64,000 nucleotides of DNA, taken from contig OY759316.1 in assembly GCA_963662275.1 (NCBI GenBank), positions 2,176,001-2,240,000 of the forward strand, given 5' to 3'. The position numbers and the translations under genes were made by a program. This document shows, in pieces, positions 42,754 to 51,195 of this stretch (position 1 is its first letter; every line of letters begins with the position of its first letter). The notes below the pieces were generated by a model. That model was not told the DNA's origin. It ran no database searches and saw nothing but the letters and a program-made list of their open reading frames with translations. The stretch is from Candidatus Cloacimonadales bacterium. Its GTDB lineage: Bacteria; Cloacimonadota; Cloacimonadia; Cloacimonadales; DAONDQ01.

Positions 42754-43878
42754 ATGCCAAACACTGCACTATATTATCCCTGGATAGACATTTCCCAAGA
42801 AGGTGAATCATGGCTGAAAACATCCTATCTATTTTGGGATAGCATACGAACTATAAACCCTGAATTCCTAACAAAACCGTATCAATTAGTAACTGCTCAA
42901 ATCTTAATGAACGAGGGGTTTTTGGAACCATATCTGGTAAATAGTGATATGGAAATTGTAAATAGTGCATCATGGGAATTTATTCAAAATTTTTTTAGTA
43001 ATGAAGTAGCATCTATGATGCTAAATAGCATCGATACAAATCCAGTGATCCATTTGGATAAACTTAATATGGTTCAATTTGATGTAATGGGTAAACGATT
43101 ATTAACAGAGATGTCATATGATTTCCCGATTCATCACAATAAAATGAATTATGAATTAAGACAAAGATTAAGGAAAATGTTCAACAGTAATAATGATAAT
43201 TCTGAATGGTTACATCTTCCATCATTTATTTCAGATTCATACATGACATTTCTAGCAAATGCAATCTCAGAGAAGGAAGGCTATGGTTCTCTAACATCAA
43301 AAACAACTGCTCGTAATCTTTATCAAATCGCAAAGTTCGACGCACAAGTTTATTTTCAATATTCATTTAGTGAGGAAAATGTTAATATTGATTACCGAAC
43401 TTTAGCGACTGGTATTTTAGCAAATATGTCTATCTCAACTCCAAAAATACGCGAGGATGTTTCAATTAAAAATTTGATGAAATTTAAAGTGAGATATTCT
43501 GATGAGTTAATTGCTTTTAGAAATAGCATAAATGAGTTAACAAAATCTATCAATAGTGATGTAGAATACAATGCAATGATGCATTTGATAGACGAACTAT
43601 ACAATAACCATGTGAAATTGAATCTAAGGAATCTGGAAAGAGCTCTTGATGGAATGAATATCAAACATACTGCTACAAGTCTGTTCAACACTGCATTCTT
43701 TTCTGTCGGTTCATCTTTATTATTGATGAATAGTGGGTTTTCAACTCCGCAGGCAATACTAGCCGGTGCTGGAATTTCTCTGGTCTATTCGTCAATTCGT
43801 TACAACCATGAAAAAGAAGAGTTGCTACGTAATAATCCTTATTCCTACTTGATGCATATTCAAAGAGATTTTAGATAA
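42754..43878 (+). CDS. Hypothetical protein (DUF6236-like) with C-terminal hydrophobic hairpin
   Basis: ALYYPWIDI...WLK...LFWD N-terminus; two hydrophobic segments before NPYSYL. Family name is tentative. Confidence 0.5.
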   Translation: MPNTALYYPWIDISQEGESWLKTSYLFWDSIRTINPEFLTKPYQLVTAQILMNEGFLEPYLVNSDMEIVNSASWEFIQNFFSNEVASMMLNSIDTNPVIHLDKLNMVQFDVMGKRLLTEMSYDFPIHHNKMNYELRQRLRKMFNSNNDNSEWLHLPSFISDSYMTFLANAISEKEGYGSLTSKTTARNLYQIAKFDAQVYFQYSFSEENVNIDYRTLATGILANMSISTPKIREDVSIKNLMKFKVRYSDELIAFRNSINELTKSINSDVEYNAMMHLIDELYNNHVKLNLRNLERALDGMNIKHTATSLFNTAFFSVGSSLLLMNSGFSTPQAILAGAGISLVYSSIRYNHEKEELLRNNPYSYLMHIQRDFR

Positions 43879-43948
43879 TTAAATATTGCTTTGCAAAATA
43901 TAAATATCTATTAATAATATTGCGTACAAATTTCAACAAGGAGTTTAC

Positions 43949-45499
43949 ATGATTTCATCACCAAGAGTTTTCGTTGGATCCTCTACAGATGCTGAAGAAG
44001 TCGATTTTCAGGTACGAGCTATTCTGGAAAAAATAGGTGCTACAGTTGTTGGTTGGAGAGATGTTTTCAAACCTGGTGATGTTACACTATTAGAATTACT
44101 GAAACTTGGTACATCTGTAGATGCAGCATTACTTATCGCTTCTCCAGATGATATGACTCAACGCCACGAAGATAAACACCTTTCCCCTAGAGATAATGTT
44201 TTACTTGAGTTAGGTATATTCCTTTCTTGTTTTGGCATGCATCGAACAGGAATACTTCATGTGAAAATTGGTGATAATATGGCTACGTTACCGACTGATC
44301 TAAAAGGAATTACTACAATTACATATGATACAAACAATCCAAATGAAAACACTAAGAAATTAGCTCAATGGATTGAATGTGTCAAAAAAGAACTCGATGC
44401 AGAATATCCTGGAATAAATATGGTTCTAAATAAAATTCAAAGTTATTTCAATTCCATACATCCAAGCTGGCTAAAACAAGTTGAACGTTATATTCTTCAT
44501 AAATTTGTCTTAGATTTAAAACTAGCTGCACATGGACATATTATCTTGTCACCTGGAAGATATTTTGAAGAGCTTTTTGACGAATTAGAAAATGTCTCAG
44601 CGGATTATGAAATTTCGGCAATTGCAACTTTATCCTCATCATTTTGGTCTCATGACCAAGAACAGCAATTATACGTAGATAAAAACATCGAAGCATCAAA
44701 AAAAGGGGTTTCTATTCGAAGAATGTTCATCATTCCTGATCAGAAATGGCGAGCATTCTTTCCTGTAATTCATAAGCAGATAGAAGCAGGAATAGAAATT
44801 CGAAGAGCTAAACCATCTATTTTATTAGAAAATCCTTCTTTAGAAGATATGGTGCTTTTTTTAAATAGGAAAACTAATGACTTAAGAGCTTATACTGCGG
44901 AACAAGTAATTGGAAACCCTAATATAATACGCCGTGGCAAAATAATATTAGATTCAGAAGAACGTTATGATTTACTAAGAGCGTTCGAACGTGCATGGTC
45001 TGTAGCATCTGTGATAACCGAAAAAGATATTAAAGTTTCACCATTTGTCGAAATCGCTTTTAGCAAACAAGTTCAAAATTTGAAAACTTATTACCTAAAT
45101 TCAAATGTGATTACCTGCATTGAGGCTGCAACTGCTAAGGGAATACCTCTAAAGAATGAGTTAAAATCTATTCTTTTATCTTCTTCAAAAGGTTATATTG
45201 TCGTTCATTTACCCGGAGATGCTGAAGTATCATTGCATAAAGTTAAAAAGGACTTAGATCTTCGAGAAGCAAGTTTAGCATCACTCAGTCAATTAAATAA
45301 AATAGGACTTAAGCCGGGTACAATTTGTGCTATTAAAGACCCTGTAAGGAGTTTTCAAAATCTTATCAGTAAAAGAGTTTTTGAATTAGATTACGTTTCG
45401 ACCAATAATGGAACCTTGCGTGGATATTATAATTTTCCGCCATCATTATTACTTGAAACCGAGAGTGTAAAAATGGGAGATTATGAAATCGATAGATAG
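43949..45499 (+). CDS. TIR domain (Cap12/PycTIR-type) - DUF6879-like middle domain - YbaK/ProX aminoacyl-tRNA-editing-like domain fusion
   Basis: RVFVGSS...SPDD...PRDNVLLELG...LPTDLKGIT (TIR); 'FW...YV..N.EA..KGVSIRRMFII' (middle); TCIEAA...ELKSILL...VVHLPGDAEVSL.KV...LAS...GLKPGTI (YbaK). Confidence 0.75.
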   Translation: MISSPRVFVGSSTDAEEVDFQVRAILEKIGATVVGWRDVFKPGDVTLLELLKLGTSVDAALLIASPDDMTQRHEDKHLSPRDNVLLELGIFLSCFGMHRTGILHVKIGDNMATLPTDLKGITTITYDTNNPNENTKKLAQWIECVKKELDAEYPGINMVLNKIQSYFNSIHPSWLKQVERYILHKFVLDLKLAAHGHIILSPGRYFEELFDELENVSADYEISAIATLSSSFWSHDQEQQLYVDKNIEASKKGVSIRRMFIIPDQKWRAFFPVIHKQIEAGIEIRRAKPSILLENPSLEDMVLFLNRKTNDLRAYTAEQVIGNPNIIRRGKIILDSEERYDLLRAFERAWSVASVITEKDIKVSPFVEIAFSKQVQNLKTYYLNSNVITCIEAATAKGIPLKNELKSILLSSSKGYIVVHLPGDAEVSLHKVKKDLDLREASLASLSQLNKIGLKPGTICAIKDPVRSFQNLISKRVFELDYVSTNNGTLRGYYNFPPSLLLETESVKMGDYEIDR

Positions 45500-45587
45500 C
45501 ACTTACTTTATTCGAGGTCGAGGTGACTTTCTCTCTAAACAGACGGGGTTACTGCCATGAACCCCAACATTGCACCACAGGTTACTG

Positions 45588-45659
45588 CGGACAGCTAACA
45601 GCGCAGAGCAGAACAAACTGTAACGCCTTATTCATAAGGTGTTACAAAATAGCAAGATC
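45588..45659 (+). repeat. REP-like family B, collapsed single copy
   Basis: Shares its left flank with 49657-49707 and its right flank with 49778-49798. Confidence 0.75.
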
Positions 45660-45805
45660 GGCGTCTTACTCTACAAGTAGAACAAATTATATTGACCATA
45701 GATACATTATGTAATATATTGTTATCATATATTATTAACACATATACTACACGATAACACAGTATATGTTATCATGCAAATATGATGTTACTAAAGTGAG
45801 GTTGT

Positions 45806-46783
45806 ATGCAGAATCTGAATATTTTGGAAGACTATGTTTACGATATATTGGGAATAAAAGTAAGAGTGAATAAAGTCGATATCGCTAGCAGACTCCCTTT
45901 TTATCTTCAGAACAATTATCACTTTTATAGCATTCAAATCTATAATCATGATTACAATTTGATGTTAGCTAATGATGAGAATGAGATAACTCCTGCCCAG
46001 ATCAATAAGCATATTGGAGTTGTTAAGGAAAAAACAGGTCGGGAGACTATCTTTTGCTGTTCCAGGATAAGCTCATTCAATCGGAAGCGTCTGATAGAGT
46101 ATAAAATTCCATTTATTATCCCAGGTAATCAGATGTTCTTACCTGATATTGGTATTGATTTAAGAGAATATTACAAATATAGAAAACAGGCAACAGGAAA
46201 GCTAAGCCCTTCAACCCAGGTTATCGTATTAGATGCCTTGCTAAATCATGATTATACACCCAAAACGACATCACAACTCTCAAATAAACTGCCTTATACC
46301 AAAATGACCATAGGCAGGGCTTTTGATGAGTTGGAAGCAAATGAGATAGCCAAAATTGAGATGCTTGGGAAGGAACGTATTTTACATTTTAATCATACAG
46401 GCAAAGAGCTTTGGGATACAGTGTACAGCCTTTTACGTAATCCTATTGCAAAGAGGATTTACATAAATGAGCTTAATCCAAAAGAATCCATGCCTATTTC
46501 CGGTTTCACTGCGTTATCTCTGGAAACGATGATCAGTGAATCTCAATATCGAACTTATGCGATGAGCAGAGAAGAATATAAATTACTCCAGATAAGAAAT
46601 AACGTAGTTGAACTCGAATATCCTGCTCAGGATGCAATTGAAATTGAGATTTGGAGTTATTCTCCACGGTTGCTGTCACAAGGGGAACGTGTTGATAATC
46701 TCTCCCTGTATTTAAGTTTGAAAGATAATGAAGATGAAAGAGTTGAAATGGCTTTGGAATCACTTTTGGAGCAGATACTATAG
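45806..46783 (+). CDS. Winged-HTH protein, possibly an AbiEi-like antitoxin/regulator
   Basis: IPFIIPGNQMFLP, central HTH (SQLSNKLPYTKMTIGRAFDEL), SGFTALS, C-terminal DNLSLYLSL...DERVE. Confidence 0.55.
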   Translation: MQNLNILEDYVYDILGIKVRVNKVDIASRLPFYLQNNYHFYSIQIYNHDYNLMLANDENEITPAQINKHIGVVKEKTGRETIFCCSRISSFNRKRLIEYKIPFIIPGNQMFLPDIGIDLREYYKYRKQATGKLSPSTQVIVLDALLNHDYTPKTTSQLSNKLPYTKMTIGRAFDELEANEIAKIEMLGKERILHFNHTGKELWDTVYSLLRNPIAKRIYINELNPKESMPISGFTALSLETMISESQYRTYAMSREEYKLLQIRNNVVELEYPAQDAIEIEIWSYSPRLLSQGERVDNLSLYLSLKDNEDERVEMALESLLEQIL

Positions 46784-46988
46784 ATTTAAAAAGCTTAGGA
46801 ATGAAAGGGATTTCAGTTGAGGAAGTTATCCAATGGATATTTCGGAGTGAGAGAGCATAGTGTACGCTCCAACAGAGCCACGTCTTCGGAAAAATAGAGC
46901 CACCTAATTCGGAGATGAGAGCCACTCTTCTATTTTCAATAATTAATACAGGTAATATACAAAAAAATAAGCTATAACTAATCTTTTT

Positions 46989-47041
46989 GCGACGGCTGCC
47001 GTGAAGTGAGGCCGTAGGCCGAGCGAAGCGGCAGCCGTCGC
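46989..47041. repeat. GC-rich branched hairpin inside IS21 downstream of istB
   Basis: gcgacggctgccg ... cggcagccgtcgc, a 13-bp perfect stem with an internal ggccgtaggcc hairpin. Confidence 0.6.
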
Positions 47042-47079
47042 CGGGAAAGTTGTAGTACCATCCCAAGTATTAACTATCG

Positions 47080-47826
47080 TTATTCTTTCTTAATGCCATT
47101 GCGTTCTCTCATTGACACTTTACCATCGATAAAAATAGGATAGGAATCGTGTATAATCCGGTCAAGGATGGCATCGGCAAGGGTTTCCTGACCAATCTTC
47201 TCATGCCATCCTCCGGTTCTGAACTGAGAACAGAAGATCGTTGATGAGTGCTGATGCCTCGCTTCGATAATCTCCAAAAGATCTCTTGCCTCTTGTTCTC
47301 TGAGTGGTGTCAGCAGCCATTCATCAAGTATCAGCAGTTTGATCTGCTTGTATTGTTTTATGACTTTCTTAAAAATACCTTCACCTCTGGCAACTGCCAG
47401 GTCATCCAGCAATTCGGGAAGTCGTATATATCTGACAGGATAATAGTTCCGGCAGGCTGCTATCCCGAAAGCACAACCCAGCCAGGATTTCCCGTTTCCT
47501 GATGCTCCCATAATGATTATATTCCGATTTTCGCTGATGTAACTGCAGGTTGATAAACGGATAATCTCAGATCGATCCAGCTTTCTGTCATCATGATATT
47601 CTACGTCTTCAATACTTGCCTGGCTGAACTTCAAGTTTGCCTTCTTAATTAGCCTCTGCAGTCTGTTATTTTTGCGTCTGGCCCATTCAGCATCTACGAG
47701 CAGACTGAAGCGTTCTTCGAAAAGCAAATCCTTAAATGCACCATCATGTAATTGCTGGCAGAAAGTATCAGCCATAGCACTCAAATGCATCTCGTGAAGC
47801 TTATTGACTGTTGATTGGCTGATCAT
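47080..47826 (-). CDS. istB: IS21 helper ATPase IstB
   Basis: GASGNGKS, LLILDEW, LADAILDRIIH. Confidence 0.95.
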   Translation of the reverse strand: MISQSTVNKLHEMHLSAMADTFCQQLHDGAFKDLLFEERFSLLVDAEWARRKNNRLQRLIKKANLKFSQASIEDVEYHDDRKLDRSEIIRLSTCSYISENRNIIIMGASGNGKSWLGCAFGIAACRNYYPVRYIRLPELLDDLAVARGEGIFKKVIKQYKQIKLLILDEWLLTPLREQEARDLLEIIEARHQHSSTIFCSQFRTGGWHEKIGQETLADAILDRIIHDSYPIFIDGKVSMRERNGIKKE

Positions 47827-49367
47827 TTATTTTTCCTCCCGTAGTAGTCTGCACCTCTGGTAATACCAAAATCAGAAGCAGGATCATTCTTTGCAGTCTC
47901 TGCCGCATTATTGATCTTATCAAAACCCGTCTTGAGTATGGTTTGGATATTTTTATAACCGGGATTGGGTGTATAAGATAATGCCCTTTGACATGCACTT
48001 TCGAGCCTCTGCACAGAATACCTGTCAGCTGATTTCAGAAGTGCCATACAGGAACGGTATCCCTGCTGTTCAACACGATAGGATGCCAGAATAGACTTAA
48101 TTACGATCATCGTATGTTCCCCTATTTCCTTTGCCCAGGAGATAAACCTCTCTGCATTCCATTCCTGATATTTCTGATGCTGTTCAGGCATATGTTCAGG
48201 GAGTGTCTGATACTGACCGGGATGACCAAATTTCCTGACATGGGAAGCGATTCTGTTGGAGTTATAGAAAACCTCGACAACTCTGCTTGTGATGCGTACA
48301 TCCACATAGTATTTTATGTATTCATAAGGAACCGAATAGTACATCTTATCCACGCTTATATGATAATTGAACTGTACTGTTGCCTTTGACCAGGCAGCAA
48401 GCTCATATGGCGACAATGACAATGGAATAAGCATGGGCTGTTCTTCTGCCTGAAAGACACTTTCTCTGCTTCCTTCTTTCTTTTGAAAGGGCTTGGTATT
48501 GAACTCTCCCAGTTTTTCCCTGATTGACATATTGAGTTCATGAAGCGAAAAGAATGTCTGGTTTCGCAAGGCAGCAATGATCCAGGTTGAGATGACTCCA
48601 ACTGTGCCTTCTGCACTGGGCTTATCCTTTGGTCTTCTAACTCTGGCAGGTATTACCGCAGTATCGTAATAAGCAGACATTTCTCCATAGGTTCTGTTGA
48701 TAACGGGAGTATACCACGACACATGGTCAACTCCCGTCTTAAGATTATCAGGAACAAGTATTTTAGTAACTCCATTAAAGTACTTGAAGCTATTTATATG
48801 AGCCTGAATCCAGCTTTCCATATTCATGGAAAGAAAGGCTTCCACATAGGAATAACCACTGTACGGGAGGGTTGCTACAAAAACATAGGCTTTGATCGGT
48901 TCACCGGTAATGTTGTTTTTGATGGCGGCAGTCTGTCCAGCCCAGTCCACTTCCAGCTTTTCTCCTGGTTTGTGTTTTATTCGCATGGTTGCTTTTGTCT
49001 TTTGTGAGTAATCATGGTAATGTTTGCAAAATTGCGTATACTTGTAGGGAATAGCCTGATTATTCCTGCATCCCTCAGAGTATTCATGCCAGAGTAGCGA
49101 CAGTGTTACACCACTCTTGGCAAGTTCCTTGTGTATGTGTTCATAATCAGGCATCTTCTGCGGGTTTGACGATAAGTAAGCCGGAAAGAGCTGCTCTTCG
49201 ATCATCTCATTTGTTAATGTATCAGGAAGCGGCCATTCAAGGCTCTGGTCTGTTGCCCTTTGAATGATCATCGACACGTTATTGCGGGAACAGGATAAAC
49301 TCGCCGCTATGCCTCGTCTGCTTATTCCCTGGCTGTGTAAGCGAAGGATCTCTCGGTAATTGGTCAT
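47823..49367 (-). CDS. istA: IS21 transposase IstA
   Basis: PGEKLEVDWAG, LVPDNLK, PKDKPSAEGTV. Start likely MTNYREIL behind a GGAGG RBS. Confidence 0.95.
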   Translation of the reverse strand: MTNYREILRLHSQGISRRGIAASLSCSRNNVSMIIQRATDQSLEWPLPDTLTNEMIEEQLFPAYLSSNPQKMPDYEHIHKELAKSGVTLSLLWHEYSEGCRNNQAIPYKYTQFCKHYHDYSQKTKATMRIKHKPGEKLEVDWAGQTAAIKNNITGEPIKAYVFVATLPYSGYSYVEAFLSMNMESWIQAHINSFKYFNGVTKILVPDNLKTGVDHVSWYTPVINRTYGEMSAYYDTAVIPARVRRPKDKPSAEGTVGVISTWIIAALRNQTFFSLHELNMSIREKLGEFNTKPFQKKEGSRESVFQAEEQPMLIPLSLSPYELAAWSKATVQFNYHISVDKMYYSVPYEYIKYYVDVRITSRVVEVFYNSNRIASHVRKFGHPGQYQTLPEHMPEQHQKYQEWNAERFISWAKEIGEHTMIVIKSILASYRVEQQGYRSCMALLKSADRYSVQRLESACQRALSYTPNPGYKNIQTILKTGFDKINNAAETAKNDPASDFGITRGADYYGRKNK

Positions 49368-49656
49368 TGCATTGACCTCCATGAATTGATTTACACTGAT
49401 ACAGTGCATTAATTCATGTTGGTTTTTTCTTTCAAAATAGCAAGGTGGCTCTATTTTAGCGAAGACGTGGCTCTAAAACTCCGTACAAGTGGCTCTCATT
49501 TAGAATATTATTCAATCCAAAGATTGTTGGTGATTTACGAAATGAAGAGCATACTTTAGGATGCTTCTTCGTAGCGCTGACTTTAGGCGGTATCTATTTC
49601 TGTTTGGGAATTACCTCCTGAAGTAGGTGCTACATGCAGAAGGTTACAGCTAACAG

Positions 49657-49798
49657 CGGACAGGTAACAGCGCAGAGCAAACTGTAACGCCTTATTCATA
49701 AGGTGTTCCGCTGAATTTATTCAGTTTTTCTCCAGATCAGATACAATATAAATATTGTGGTACACCTTATGAATAAGGCGTTACAAAACAGCAAGATC
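49657..49798. repeat. REPIN-like doublet of family B
   Basis: tgtaacgccttattcataaggtgt (49683) and its inverse acaccttatgaataaggcgttaca (to 49784); overlaps the stop codon of ORF 49781. Confidence 0.8.
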
Positions 49799-51121
49799 CG
49801 AAAAAGCATCTTTGAGAGTTCTCTTCAGCGCATGGCGGTTTTTATACGTAATTAACAGGTGATGAATCAAAGCTTTCGTAGGTTCCAGACCGCCCTGTAT
49901 CTTGAGCATTCTTCTCAGGTATTTGGCTATCTTTTCATAGTTCGTTGTGAATTCTGCAAGTCTATGGATATTGCTTTCATAGTAAGAGAGCATTTCGGTA
50001 GGATATTGTTTCCAGACAAAACGGGCGTATGGATCTATATCATTAAGTGGTAAAGTGCCATTCAGTATTATCTTGAGTAAACGATCTATGAATCCTTCAG
50101 CCGCATAAATATCAGCAAGATAACGTACATGAAGGAAATTACGTTTTAGTGTTTCAAGGTGGTAATTGATTAATTCTTCAACTTTATCCTTCCACGGTTC
50201 AGGCGGGAAGAGGGCTTTCAGTTTTACATAGCTTTCTTTTCTGCAATTATGGGACTTATATTCTTCTTCAGCGTATTTCTGCTGATCTTCCAGGTTGTTT
50301 TCGATTTTAGCAATATTCTGGAGATGTCCCAGGTAAGTGGTGCCGATATGGCTATACCCCATATTACTGCTATGCATCATTGCTTCACAGCAAATGGCTT
50401 TAGCTTCTGAGAGGATGCCCTCTGCAATAAGCTTTTCCACCAGTAGATGCCTGAACGTATTCAGATTAGGATTTGACTTAATAATGTCATCAGCTTCATC
50501 AAACTGCTCCCTATTCTTGAAATAGTAATACTTCCTTTTCAGCAGTTTCTCAACGATTAAGAGTTTTTTTGCATGCATATTTTTTTGAATCAGATCATCA
50601 ATAAGAGCAAGAAATTGGGTATCCTTCGTTTGATCAGTGACGGTTTTATCCATAATATCCAGGATGTAATTGCCATTCGATTCATTAAATAGGTGTTCTT
50701 CATGATACAACCGGTTAAAGGTATCGAATATCTCATCTTGCAAACTGGTATCCGCAATAAAATGTATATGCTGCACAGTATTCACTAAAGCTTCCATCAA
50801 ATCATCAAAACCGTAGTATTCGCTACTTGTGCTGCATTCATCTTGAAGTATCTGCTCGGTTATGCAGCGTGTGATTGCCCAAGCCTGAATCGTATCATCA
50901 TTATCTGCTAATGTTTCCGCTTTACTGATAAGATCATGCAGATCATCAAAACATTTCTTTATATTGTCGAAAACAGCCTCAATTTCTTCAAGCCTTCGGA
51001 ACCCGAAGTCTTCGAAATCAGGGTATTCCTCAAAGCTCATGATGATTTCAGCTACGATCTGCTGGTATTTCTGATATAGATCACCGGGTATCTCTTTTTC
51101 AAAGTGATGAATAGTAACCAT
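49781..51121 (-). CDS. All-helical protein resembling the C-terminal body of bacterial SWIM-finger proteins, lacking the SWIM finger
   Basis: N-terminus MVTIHHFEKEIP resembles that of ORF 4911; C-terminal 'LADIY..E...DRL...YP.E...Y...Y....YLRRM...GG...Y.NR.AL'; no CxC..CxH. Confidence 0.55.
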   Translation of the reverse strand: MVTIHHFEKEIPGDLYQKYQQIVAEIIMSFEEYPDFEDFGFRRLEEIEAVFDNIKKCFDDLHDLISKAETLADNDDTIQAWAITRCITEQILQDECSTSSEYYGFDDLMEALVNTVQHIHFIADTSLQDEIFDTFNRLYHEEHLFNESNGNYILDIMDKTVTDQTKDTQFLALIDDLIQKNMHAKKLLIVEKLLKRKYYYFKNREQFDEADDIIKSNPNLNTFRHLLVEKLIAEGILSEAKAICCEAMMHSSNMGYSHIGTTYLGHLQNIAKIENNLEDQQKYAEEEYKSHNCRKESYVKLKALFPPEPWKDKVEELINYHLETLKRNFLHVRYLADIYAAEGFIDRLLKIILNGTLPLNDIDPYARFVWKQYPTEMLSYYESNIHRLAEFTTNYEKIAKYLRRMLKIQGGLEPTKALIHHLLITYKNRHALKRTLKDAFSDLAVL

Positions 51122-51195
51122 AATAACTCCCTTCAAGACAAAGAATAAAAAAATTGGCAGAGCTGATGGATCCTCGCATTCCCAATGTCTTTCAG

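Larger units (their letters stand above)
46834..49514 (-). mobile_element. IS21-family insertion sequence (2681 bp)
   Basis: TG...CA ends, multiple internal gagccac repeats at both ends, 6-bp duplication atccaa (46828-46833 and 49515-49520), istA-istB pair. Confidence 0.92.

Noticed and set aside
43949..45499. CBASS, Pycsar or Thoeris
   Set aside because: No CD-NTase, pyrimidine cyclase, or SIR2/Macro ThsA gene was recognised in the window.
39540..45520. Integron cassette array
   Set aside because: No integrase in the window, and the spacers (19-71 bp) lack convincing attC structure; 42690-42735 has TAAC...GTTA but is too short and poorly paired.
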